From Candidatus Latescibacterota bacterium (GTDB lineage Bacteria; Latescibacterota; UBA2968): DNA of 64,000 bases. Position numbers and translations under genes: made by a program. Below are positions 30,571 through 39,045 of the stretch, piece by piece (within the stretch, counting starts at the first letter, position 1; every line of letters begins with the position of its first letter). The notes under the pieces were generated by a model. The model was given only the letters and a program-made list of their open reading frames with translations. It was not told the DNA's origin and searched no databases. Location of the stretch: contig OZ242311.1 of NCBI GenBank assembly GCA_965207885.1, forward strand, positions 5,472,001 through 5,536,000, written 5' to 3'.

Positions 30571-31332
30571 CTACATCCCCTCCCAATACTCCCACATATC
30601 ATCTGGTGTCTCAAACTGCAACTCATTCCAATTTTTCCACTTAAACCGCGTAAACAACCCCATGCGGATATTGCGACTGCAATTCTTACTCGCGCTGTGA
30701 ACCATCAAACCGTGCCAGAAAATCACCGTACCTGCAGGACCTGTGATCTCCATTGGATCGGGCAAATCAATAATCGTCCCCATGTGAATCTGAGTGGCTG
30801 GCTCACTGGGATCTAAAAACTGGCGGTTCACGCTCAGCAAAGAATGCGACTTAAAATAATCCGCCATCTTCGCATGCGTACCGGGCCACACGCAAAATCC
30901 ACCCGAGCGAGGCTTGATATCACAGAGATAAACGGTTGCGGCAATCGTAAAACCAGCCACCGTCAAATCCTTTTGCCCATAGCCATCCACATGCCCCCCT
31001 GAAGGCTTTGACCACTTATCCGCACCCGTGGGATAGCGGAACAACGGCGTCGGCTCAGCCCACTCGGTCAGCCGCCCTTTGCCCGCCATCTCTTCGGCCA
31101 TATCAAACACGCCGTAATCATACACAATAGATCGGTGCAACATCGGATCACTACTCTCGGGCTTTTTCGGCTCGGCATTCACCCACGTCTGCGGATCGCA
31201 GCGATCTGCCCAAACACCGTGCCACAGGCCATCTACAGCGCGCTCAATCAAATCCTCGGGCAAAACATCCCGCTTAACCAGATACCCATTATCTTTAAAA
31301 AACTGTTTCTCATCATGAGTAAGTAACCCCAT
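30571..31332 (-). CDS. PhyH-family Fe(II)/2OG dioxygenase
   Basis: HVD...H triad; GGFCVWPGTH. Confidence 0.85.
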   Translation of the reverse strand: MGLLTHDEKQFFKDNGYLVKRDVLPEDLIERAVDGLWHGVWADRCDPQTWVNAEPKKPESSDPMLHRSIVYDYGVFDMAEEMAGKGRLTEWAEPTPLFRYPTGADKWSKPSGGHVDGYGQKDLTVAGFTIAATVYLCDIKPRSGGFCVWPGTHAKMADYFKSHSLLSVNRQFLDPSEPATQIHMGTIIDLPDPMEITGPAGTVIFWHGLMVHSASKNCSRNIRMGLFTRFKWKNWNELQFETPDDMWEYWEGM

Positions 31333-31393
31333 GATACACTCCCTTTATACAAAACGCTTACCAATGATATCAGATTATGCTATCATCTAAACA

Positions 31394-31738
31394 ATGAACA
31401 AAATGAACACTATGACACATAAAGGATATGCTGCTCGTATTGAATACAGCGACGAAGACCATTGCTTTATTGGTCACATAGCGGGCATCAACGACATCGT
31501 GGGTTTTCACGGCGATTCGGTTGCACAACTGCGTACTGCATTTGAAGAAGCAGTGGAAGATTATCTCGAAACCTGTGAAAAATTAAATCGCTCTCCACAA
31601 AAGCCCTATTCTGGCAATCTAATGTTGCGCCTTCCCCCAGAAGTTCACGCAGCAATTGCCACAGCTGCCGAAGTCAGTGGCAAAAGCATCAATCAATGGA
31701 CAACCGATACACTCGCTGATATCCTGCAGACATACTAA
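31394..31738 (+). CDS. hicB: HicB-family antitoxin (orphan)
   Basis: MTHKGYAARIEY, FEEAVEDYL and the RHH segment KPYSGNLMLRLPPEVH...SINQW. Confidence 0.9.
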   Translation: MNKMNTMTHKGYAARIEYSDEDHCFIGHIAGINDIVGFHGDSVAQLRTAFEEAVEDYLETCEKLNRSPQKPYSGNLMLRLPPEVHAAIATAAEVSGKSINQWTTDTLADILQTY

Positions 31739-31740
31739 CA

Positions 31741-32595
31741 CTAAGCCGCCACGGCTTTCTCACCCAAATGCGCCTCAATCCACGTCTTCAAAGGCACATC
31801 CTCGGGTTTGGGCGACGTATATCCAAAACCACCTGAAGGACTCGCCCCCAACAACTGTCTGCGAATGGGATCGCTACGCTCCAAAAAATGATCCACCGTC
31901 ATATTGTCGCGGGGTCGCAACCAGCGGTAGCTATAGCCGTAAAACAGCGTACGCCTGGGCGAATTCCAATAATTGGTACTGCTCGAATGCCAGATACGCC
32001 GATCAAAAAAAACCGCACTACCTTTCGGCACACACACCTGCATACCGCCCTCGGGCATTTCTGAGCGACTTTCGCCCGGAAACACATTGCCCAGATGCGA
32101 ACCGGGGACCACAACAAAATTCCCGCGACCAGGCTCTGATGCATCCGTCAAAAAGAACGCCACCTTCAGCGAAATCCTCGGACGCGGATTCGTCTCAATA
32201 TCGAGATTGAGGCGACCGCTATCCTGGTGAAATCCAAGCCCCGGACCATCCTTCTCAAGCGACTTTCCCGGACCAACAGGAGGCGTCACAATCATATGAG
32301 AATGATAAAGCTGAATATTCCAATTCAGCAACCCCCATACCTTTGGAAAAGTCTTATACCAATCGAGCAACTCCAAAAACAAATCATCCTGCCCGATAAA
32401 ATCCAGCATATTCGACCGCTGATCTGGCCCCATGCCCTCTCGCTCTCGATACGCGCCATCCACCCGATCTACAACCGGCACCAACTCATCCACCAGATCC
32501 TCTGGCAACACGCTCTCAAGAATAAAAAACCCATCGCGTTCAAACTTCAACCGCTCCTCTTCGGTCACACAATAATCCAGACATCTCGCGTCCAT
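31741..32595 (-). CDS. PhyH-family Fe(II)/2OG dioxygenase
   Basis: HQD...H triad; GNFVVVPGSH; start ATG 32595. Confidence 0.88.
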   Translation of the reverse strand: MDARCLDYCVTEEERLKFERDGFFILESVLPEDLVDELVPVVDRVDGAYREREGMGPDQRSNMLDFIGQDDLFLELLDWYKTFPKVWGLLNWNIQLYHSHMIVTPPVGPGKSLEKDGPGLGFHQDSGRLNLDIETNPRPRISLKVAFFLTDASEPGRGNFVVVPGSHLGNVFPGESRSEMPEGGMQVCVPKGSAVFFDRRIWHSSSTNYWNSPRRTLFYGYSYRWLRPRDNMTVDHFLERSDPIRRQLLGASPSGGFGYTSPKPEDVPLKTWIEAHLGEKAVAA

Positions 32596-32666
32596 AACAC
32601 AAGCCTCCTCTAACTCTGTGTGAGTGGAAAACCCCTCTCCCAATTCTCCCACACCTGCACATCAAC

Positions 32667-33560
32667 TCATACAACCTCCTCTTCAAGCTCTGCCAAACGC
32701 GCCTTCTGCTCCACCAGCATGCGCTCTCGCTCGCGGCGGAACTCCGTATAATACCGCTCTCGCTTGCCCGTAATGCGGTAATCCAATCGCTCGACACCCA
32801 GCGCCCTCAACACCACTCTCTCCACCAGTGAAAAATCATCGGGATCCTCGCGATTGAAATTCATAGGCTCTTTAAACGCAACCGGAGGATTCGTAATAAA
32901 CCGCGGACGCCCCGAAGGATTTGGCGCAGCAGAATGCAACATATACGGATGAATCAGATACACCTCGCCTGCATTACCCGTCGCCTCGACAAACTCCTCA
33001 CATCCCTCAATCATCTTCCCAAACGAACCCGTCGGTTCCAGACCCTCGGGATGATCGTACAAAAACCGCGCAACTTTAGGAATCGAATCCGGCGCGAGAT
33101 ACGTACCGCCGCTATTGGGCAACACATCATCCCAAACCACAACCGTCAACAAACCCTGCTCTGGACTATCCAGAAAATGCCGGAAAAAATTGCCATCCTT
33201 GTGCCATCCCCCATGCTTTGCCGACGGAACATAGGGATCATCGGCATCTTTGTGGAAATTAATAATAAACCCATCCCCCCACGAAGGCTCACCCTCAATG
33301 CGCTCTGCCCCGCCCATCACATCGCATATCCCATCCCATGCTTTTGGCGCGAGATCGGCAACTGCCCGCCGATTCATTGACGGCATGTGAATGCGATCTT
33401 CGACCCAGGTCGTGGGATCATCCCTGTCATACCCCAAACGCAGATATGCCAGATCGAGCCAATCCTGAATCTCCGCCTTCTCAAAACACCCCTCTATCTT
33501 CACATATCCCTTCTCCACAAAATGCGCTGCCTGCGCGTCTGTCAATACCTTGAATTCCAC
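32667..33560 (-). CDS. PhyH-family Fe(II)/2OG dioxygenase
   Basis: WHKD...MLH triad; FLDSPEQGL. Confidence 0.88.
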   Translation of the reverse strand: MEFKVLTDAQAAHFVEKGYVKIEGCFEKAEIQDWLDLAYLRLGYDRDDPTTWVEDRIHMPSMNRRAVADLAPKAWDGICDVMGGAERIEGEPSWGDGFIINFHKDADDPYVPSAKHGGWHKDGNFFRHFLDSPEQGLLTVVVWDDVLPNSGGTYLAPDSIPKVARFLYDHPEGLEPTGSFGKMIEGCEEFVEATGNAGEVYLIHPYMLHSAAPNPSGRPRFITNPPVAFKEPMNFNREDPDDFSLVERVVLRALGVERLDYRITGKRERYYTEFRRERERMLVEQKARLAELEEEVV

Positions 33561-33571
33561 ATCAACCTCCT

Positions 33572-34492
33572 TTACTCAACCTTCAAATGCTTAAAAAAGA
33601 ACGCCAACATCGCCTGATTCGCATTCCCCGGCGGTGGCGATCCCATCTTCGGCAAATACATCTCCACCTCCACACCCGCTTCATCGCACCGCTCTTTGAT
33701 CGCAATTGAATGTTTGGGATGATGAACATAATGACCGCGATTTTGGGGCACCCCACCCCTTTGACTACAAAACAAAAACACAGGTGGATCGTCTTTAGTA
33801 ATCAACCCGCGCATATCCACATCCGCCCGAATCTGTTTGCCCTTTTCGGTCTCAGCTTCATCAAACGTAGCCAGACCGTAAAACGAGACATCCCTCGAAT
33901 AAAAATTCTCAGCAGGCAAACCGAGCACAGACTCCCATTGAAATATATCATAGGAAAACTGACCATTGCGAGACCCCGCCGCCACAATGCGCGAAGACTG
34001 GCGAAGCACGGGATCTTCACTATCGGGATCGGCCAGATCATCGTGAAAAGCCAGCCACATCGAAGTCCCCGCACCGGCAGAGCCACCATAAGAAGCGATG
34101 CGTTTGGGATCGACGTGCCACGCCTCGGCATTGTACCTGATAAACTGCACTGCCCGCGCCGCATCGCGCAAAATATCCTGTATGGGTGCAGTATTTTTAA
34201 ACCTGTAGTTAATCGCCGCAAATGAAACGCCCTTTTCCAAACAAGTCTCAACAACCACACTGCCGCGAACACCCCTTTTATTACCACCGACAAACCCACC
34301 CCCGTGAATAAAAATCAAAACAGGTGCTGGCGCATCCGACTCTGCCCTCCAGAAATCCAGCACATTGCGCTCATAAGGTCCATAAGCCACATTCTCCAGC
34401 GTGGGCGGCGTCCCTTTTCTCTCAGCCTCCTGAGCATATACACCTGTTGCCCCGATTAAAATGAAGCATAAAATCCATCTTCCAACGCGCAT
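33572..34492 (-). CDS. Secreted alpha/beta-hydrolase (HSL-like esterase)
   Basis: Signal peptide; HGGG and GGSAG motifs. Confidence 0.85.
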   Translation of the reverse strand: MRVGRWILCFILIGATGVYAQEAERKGTPPTLENVAYGPYERNVLDFWRAESDAPAPVLIFIHGGGFVGGNKRGVRGSVVVETCLEKGVSFAAINYRFKNTAPIQDILRDAARAVQFIRYNAEAWHVDPKRIASYGGSAGAGTSMWLAFHDDLADPDSEDPVLRQSSRIVAAGSRNGQFSYDIFQWESVLGLPAENFYSRDVSFYGLATFDEAETEKGKQIRADVDMRGLITKDDPPVFLFCSQRGGVPQNRGHYVHHPKHSIAIKERCDEAGVEVEMYLPKMGSPPPGNANQAMLAFFFKHLKVE

Positions 34493-34507
34493 TGCTTCCT
34501 CCTATTC

Positions 34508-35344
34508 CTAAACTTCAACCGTCCACGGAACCTGCTCGGGCGTCACCCCGTGCTCCTCTGCCCAATCGGTAAGCGGATACGTATTTGGCCTCGCACTCAA
34601 GTTGGGATTATCGCTCAACTGCACATCCAGAAGTTGCTTCTCAATATCGCTCAAATCTGCGATCACGTCATCATCTAAATTCCCCAAATAAAAACCATTC
34701 CGAATCCAGCTATAACTATACCCAAAAATAACCACCCTGGACGTGCGATGGCTCAAATTCGGCGACTTGGTGTGAAAAATGCGATTCTCAAAAAACAGCG
34801 CATCCCCCGCCTTACACACCGGCTGCACTACCTCGGGCGGATCCACTTCACCTCTCGGAATACCCAGCGGTTCATTGAGCACATGACTCCCCCTCGCAAA
34901 CCGCGTAATCCCCGAATCTGGTCCCGGAAAATCCGTCAAACAATAACACACCTTAATCCCAACACACGGCTGATACGCATGCCCGATCTCCTGCGTAATC
35001 CCAATATCCCGATGCCAGGAACGCATCGGCTCCGTCGTCTCGGCATCCTCTGGATCCTTGTAAATAATCGCCGTATTCTGCAAATGAATATCTGGACTCA
35101 AAAGCTGAATCACCAGAGGCACTGTCCCCGAATGGGCAATCAAAGAACGAAATACAGGCTCCTCCACTATCCCATCTCGAAACTGCTTATACGCCCTTCC
35201 CCTATCATCATAAAACGCCATCATCGCATCACACGCATCCGTCAACCGCGCGATTTCCTCAGCCCCCAGAACATCCTCCACCACCAGATATCCCTCCGCA
35301 TCAAAAAACTCCCGCTGCTCATCGCTCAACTTTACAAAATCCAT
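34508..35344 (-). CDS. PhyH-family Fe(II)/2OG dioxygenase
   Basis: WHRD...IFH triad; GSH. Confidence 0.88.
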   Translation of the reverse strand: MDFVKLSDEQREFFDAEGYLVVEDVLGAEEIARLTDACDAMMAFYDDRGRAYKQFRDGIVEEPVFRSLIAHSGTVPLVIQLLSPDIHLQNTAIIYKDPEDAETTEPMRSWHRDIGITQEIGHAYQPCVGIKVCYCLTDFPGPDSGITRFARGSHVLNEPLGIPRGEVDPPEVVQPVCKAGDALFFENRIFHTKSPNLSHRTSRVVIFGYSYSWIRNGFYLGNLDDDVIADLSDIEKQLLDVQLSDNPNLSARPNTYPLTDWAEEHGVTPEQVPWTVEV

Positions 35345-35372
35345 AATAACATTCTCCTTCTCACTTCATCCT

Positions 35373-36113
35373 TCACACTTCCCAATATTCCCACATATCA
35401 TCCGGCGTCTCAAACTGCAACAGATCCCAATTTTTTGTACTCATGCGACTCACCAGAGCCATCCGTATCTGATCGCTGCAATTCGACGTACCGCTGTGAA
35501 CCATATACCCGTGCCAGATACACGCAGTCCCTGCTCGTCCGACCAACTCAACAGGTTCATTCAGATCGAAAATGCGGCCCATATCGCGCTCGACAATGCC
35601 GCCGGGATGATGCATATTGAGACCCAGCAGGGAATGCGACTTGAAAAATTCAGCAACAGCCTTATGACTACCGGGCCACAGTGTAAAACCTCCGCCACGC
35701 GGCGCCACATCACTCAGATAAACCGTCACACCAATCGTAAACCCCACGGTTGCCTGCTCGCTCTTATTATAACCATCCAGATGTGGTAACTTGATCGCCC
35801 ACTCATCGCTGCCACTGGGATACACCAGAATGGTCGAAGGATCGGCATCATCGCTCAAATCGCCAGCCAGTTCCCTGCACATCGCAAACAAATCCGTTTC
35901 GTAAAGCGTTGCGCGAATCGCGGGATGATCCCAACAATCTGGACTCCGCGGCCCGGCATCCACCCAGGTCTGTGGATCATAGCGATCTGCTTCAATATAA
36001 TGCCAAAGCGTATCGACCGCCCCTTGAATTTGACCCTCACTCAACATATTGTATCGAATGAGATAGCCATTTTCCACAAAAAAAGTTTTATCTTTAGCTG
36101 TTAAAAGTGACAT
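35373..36113 (-). CDS. PhyH-family Fe(II)/2OG dioxygenase (paralogue of 30571..31332)
   Basis: HLD...H triad; start set at ATG 36113 by N-terminal similarity to the paralogue. Confidence 0.85.
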   Translation of the reverse strand: MSLLTAKDKTFFVENGYLIRYNMLSEGQIQGAVDTLWHYIEADRYDPQTWVDAGPRSPDCWDHPAIRATLYETDLFAMCRELAGDLSDDADPSTILVYPSGSDEWAIKLPHLDGYNKSEQATVGFTIGVTVYLSDVAPRGGGFTLWPGSHKAVAEFFKSHSLLGLNMHHPGGIVERDMGRIFDLNEPVELVGRAGTACIWHGYMVHSGTSNCSDQIRMALVSRMSTKNWDLLQFETPDDMWEYWEV

Positions 36114-36137
36114 ACCAACCCCTTCCGGAGATTCATA

Positions 36138-37460
36138 ATGACCAGACAACCCAACATCCTCTTTTCCATGTGCGACGACCAGCGACACGACTGCATGGGA
36201 TGTGCGGGACATCCCTTCATCGACACACCTGCTATGGACCGCCTCGCCCGTGAAGGCATCCGCTTTGCCAATGGCTTCACCGCCATACCCCTTTGCGCGC
36301 CCAGCCGCGCCAGCCATCTCTCCGGTGTTTATCCTCACACCCACCGGGCAGCACACAATCGCGCACCGATTCGCCCCGATCTCATAACCTGGCCCGAACA
36401 ATTACAAAAAGCTGGATATCGCACGGGCTTCTTTGGAAAAATACACTACGGAACCGAAGGCATTGACCTGCCCGGCGGAGATCCCAAACCCGGCTTTGAA
36501 CACTGGGTCAGTTTTCGCGGTCAAGGAGACTACGAAGACCCGATCTTTATCATCGACGGTGAGGAAGTCAAACACCAGGGATACAACACCGACCTCCTCG
36601 CCGATTACGTCGAACAATTTCTCGACCAGGACGACGACCGCCCCTGGGCAATCTGCCTGTGGTACAAAGCCCCTCACGGACCCTTCACCCCACCGCCGCG
36701 TCATGCCCATGCCTATTCCGACAACGAACTGCCCAAACCCAATGCCCTGGGCGCATCTCGCGATGGCAAAGCCAGAACCCTTCGCGAACGTCCTTACAAC
36801 TTCGAAGACAACGAACGCTACGACACCTTTATGCGCAACTACGTGCGCACCGTGCGCGGCGTAGATGATGCCCTGGGCCGGGTACTCGACAAAATTGACA
36901 CCATTGGACAAACCAACAACACACTCGTCGTACACACCAGCGACCACGGCTACTTCCACGGCGAATTTGGCCTCGGCGACAAACGCTGGATGTATGACCC
37001 ATCCATCCGCGTACCCTATCTCATGCGCTATCCCGACCTCATCGCCAACCCCGGTCGCGTAGAACACACCGACGTAATCAGCCTCGACATCCCGGCAACC
37101 ATCATGGACGTATCCGGTCTCGGCGTGCCCGATCACTACCACGGCCGCTCCCTGAGACCACGCCTGACCGACGAAGGCGAACTACCTCGAGAAGACCTCT
37201 TCTTCGAATACTTCAAAGACCCGCCCTATCCGTATTTCCCAACAATGGTCTGCTTGAGAACCCAAACCGAAAAACTCATCCACTACATCCGCGAAGGCGA
37301 AGGCGACGAATATTACGACCTCGTCAACGACCCCGACGAATACACCAACGCCATCGCCGACCCCTCTTATGCCCATCGCGTGGCCGACATGCAAAAACGG
37401 CTTTCAGACGCCCAGGAACGCTTCGCATTCACCGTTCCAGACCTCTCGAGCCAGTACTAA
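36138..37460 (+). CDS. Cys-type sulfatase (S1)
   Basis: QPNILF, CAPSR, SDHG and DKRWMY motifs. Confidence 0.92.
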   Translation: MTRQPNILFSMCDDQRHDCMGCAGHPFIDTPAMDRLAREGIRFANGFTAIPLCAPSRASHLSGVYPHTHRAAHNRAPIRPDLITWPEQLQKAGYRTGFFGKIHYGTEGIDLPGGDPKPGFEHWVSFRGQGDYEDPIFIIDGEEVKHQGYNTDLLADYVEQFLDQDDDRPWAICLWYKAPHGPFTPPPRHAHAYSDNELPKPNALGASRDGKARTLRERPYNFEDNERYDTFMRNYVRTVRGVDDALGRVLDKIDTIGQTNNTLVVHTSDHGYFHGEFGLGDKRWMYDPSIRVPYLMRYPDLIANPGRVEHTDVISLDIPATIMDVSGLGVPDHYHGRSLRPRLTDEGELPREDLFFEYFKDPPYPYFPTMVCLRTQTEKLIHYIREGEGDEYYDLVNDPDEYTNAIADPSYAHRVADMQKRLSDAQERFAFTVPDLSSQY

Positions 37461-37480
37461 CTTCCATTAAAGGAACACAC

Positions 37481-38980
37481 ATGACCGAACGCCCCAACCT
37501 CCTGCTCATCACAACAGACACCCAGCGCTGGGACACCCTCAACTGCATGGGCAGTTCGTTTGCCCATTCACCACACGCAGATCGCCTCGCAGCCGAAGGC
37601 GTCATGTTCACACAGGGACACACGCCCTCGCCCGTATGCAACCCCTCGCGCAGCAGCCTCATCACCGGCCTGCACACCCCCATACACGGCGTATGGGAAA
37701 ACGGCATGACCCGCCTCACCCACTTCCCAACCCTACCCGACCTCCTCAAAGAACAGGGATACACCAACATCATGGTCGGCAAACAACACTTTGGACAAAC
37801 CCCCGACACCTTCGACATCATCATCGGTCAGGACGACTACAGAGAATACATCCCAAAACACGGATTCACACCCCAGGACTGCCACAAACAGCCCACACCC
37901 GTACCCGAAGAACACTTTCTCGACACCTTTTTCGCCAAACAAACCATCGAACAAATCGACAAAGTAGTTAAGCGCGATTCGGGTCCCTTCTTTGCCTTCT
38001 GCTCATTACCCGCGCCGCATCCACCCGAATGTCCACCGGGCGACTGGCTCACCTTTTACGACAACTGCGACAACCTGCCCGACCTCAATTACACCCACCG
38101 CGAAGAACAAAACCAGCCCACACACACCAAACGCCTGCTCGGCATCAAACCCGAAAACGAATGCCATCCGGGTGAAGACCCAAACACCATCAAATACTGG
38201 CGAGAAGCCATTGGCCGCATCTACGACCCGCAATACCGCGACACCATCATGGAACTCCGCAAAACCTATTATGCGTATGCCGCGTACTGCGACGCCCTCC
38301 TCGGTCGCATCCTGGACTACCTCGACCAGAATAACCTCCGGAAAAACACCCTGATCATCTTCACATCAGATCACGGACAGCAATTCTTCGACCACGGCTT
38401 TAACGACAAACACAACTTCTACGACGAATCCTGGCGCGTCCCCTTTATCATGAGCATGCCCGGCACCCTTCCGCAAGGAGAAACGCGCGACTTCGCCATC
38501 TGGAACGACATCACCACGACCCTTCTCGCGGCCGCCGGCACCGAATGCCCCTCCATGCAGGGCTTCGACCTCTTCACCCCACTCGCCAGAGGCGAACAAT
38601 CCCCCCGCCGCTGTGCCGTTGCCACCCTCTACAAATCCTGCGCCGTCGCCACCAAACGCTGGAAACTCGATTACTTTTTTGAAGAAGACGAAGGCCGTCT
38701 ATTTGACCGCATCAACGACCCCCAGGAACAAAACGACCTCTACGACCAACCGGACCATCTCGAAATCCGCAACGAACTGCGCCACGCCCTCTTATCCTGG
38801 CGCGGCGACATCGCCGACCTCAAAACCGTCCTGGAAGGCACAACAAAAAGCAGGGGACCAAACGCCCGGGGATACACCACCGTAGCCCCTCGCATTGCCC
38901 CACATACCCATCAAATGCGCGGCACCGATGCCGAACAGCGCCTCAATGAAAAATGTGAACGGATAGACGAGATGGGGTAA
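37481..38980 (+). CDS. Cys-type sulfatase (S1)
   Basis: RPNLLLITTD, CNPSR, GKQH and SDHG motifs. Confidence 0.92.
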   Translation: MTERPNLLLITTDTQRWDTLNCMGSSFAHSPHADRLAAEGVMFTQGHTPSPVCNPSRSSLITGLHTPIHGVWENGMTRLTHFPTLPDLLKEQGYTNIMVGKQHFGQTPDTFDIIIGQDDYREYIPKHGFTPQDCHKQPTPVPEEHFLDTFFAKQTIEQIDKVVKRDSGPFFAFCSLPAPHPPECPPGDWLTFYDNCDNLPDLNYTHREEQNQPTHTKRLLGIKPENECHPGEDPNTIKYWREAIGRIYDPQYRDTIMELRKTYYAYAAYCDALLGRILDYLDQNNLRKNTLIIFTSDHGQQFFDHGFNDKHNFYDESWRVPFIMSMPGTLPQGETRDFAIWNDITTTLLAAAGTECPSMQGFDLFTPLARGEQSPRRCAVATLYKSCAVATKRWKLDYFFEEDEGRLFDRINDPQEQNDLYDQPDHLEIRNELRHALLSWRGDIADLKTVLEGTTKSRGPNARGYTTVAPRIAPHTHQMRGTDAEQRLNEKCERIDEMG

Positions 38981-38989
38981 ATTAAACGC

Positions 38990-39024
38990 AAAAAACTCGA
39001 GTACCCTTCGGCACCCGAGTTTTT
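38990..39024. terminator. Bidirectional intrinsic terminator between convergent genes
   Basis: AAAAAACTCGAGT...ACCCGAGTTTTT. Confidence 0.7.
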
Positions 39025-39045
39025 CACTTGAACCAGCGCATCTAT

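Noticed and set aside
36114-36401. N-terminal extension of the PhyH ORF in the track (start 36401)
   Set aside because: It overlaps the sulfatase on the opposite strand; the paralogue at 31332 aligns from ATG 36113.
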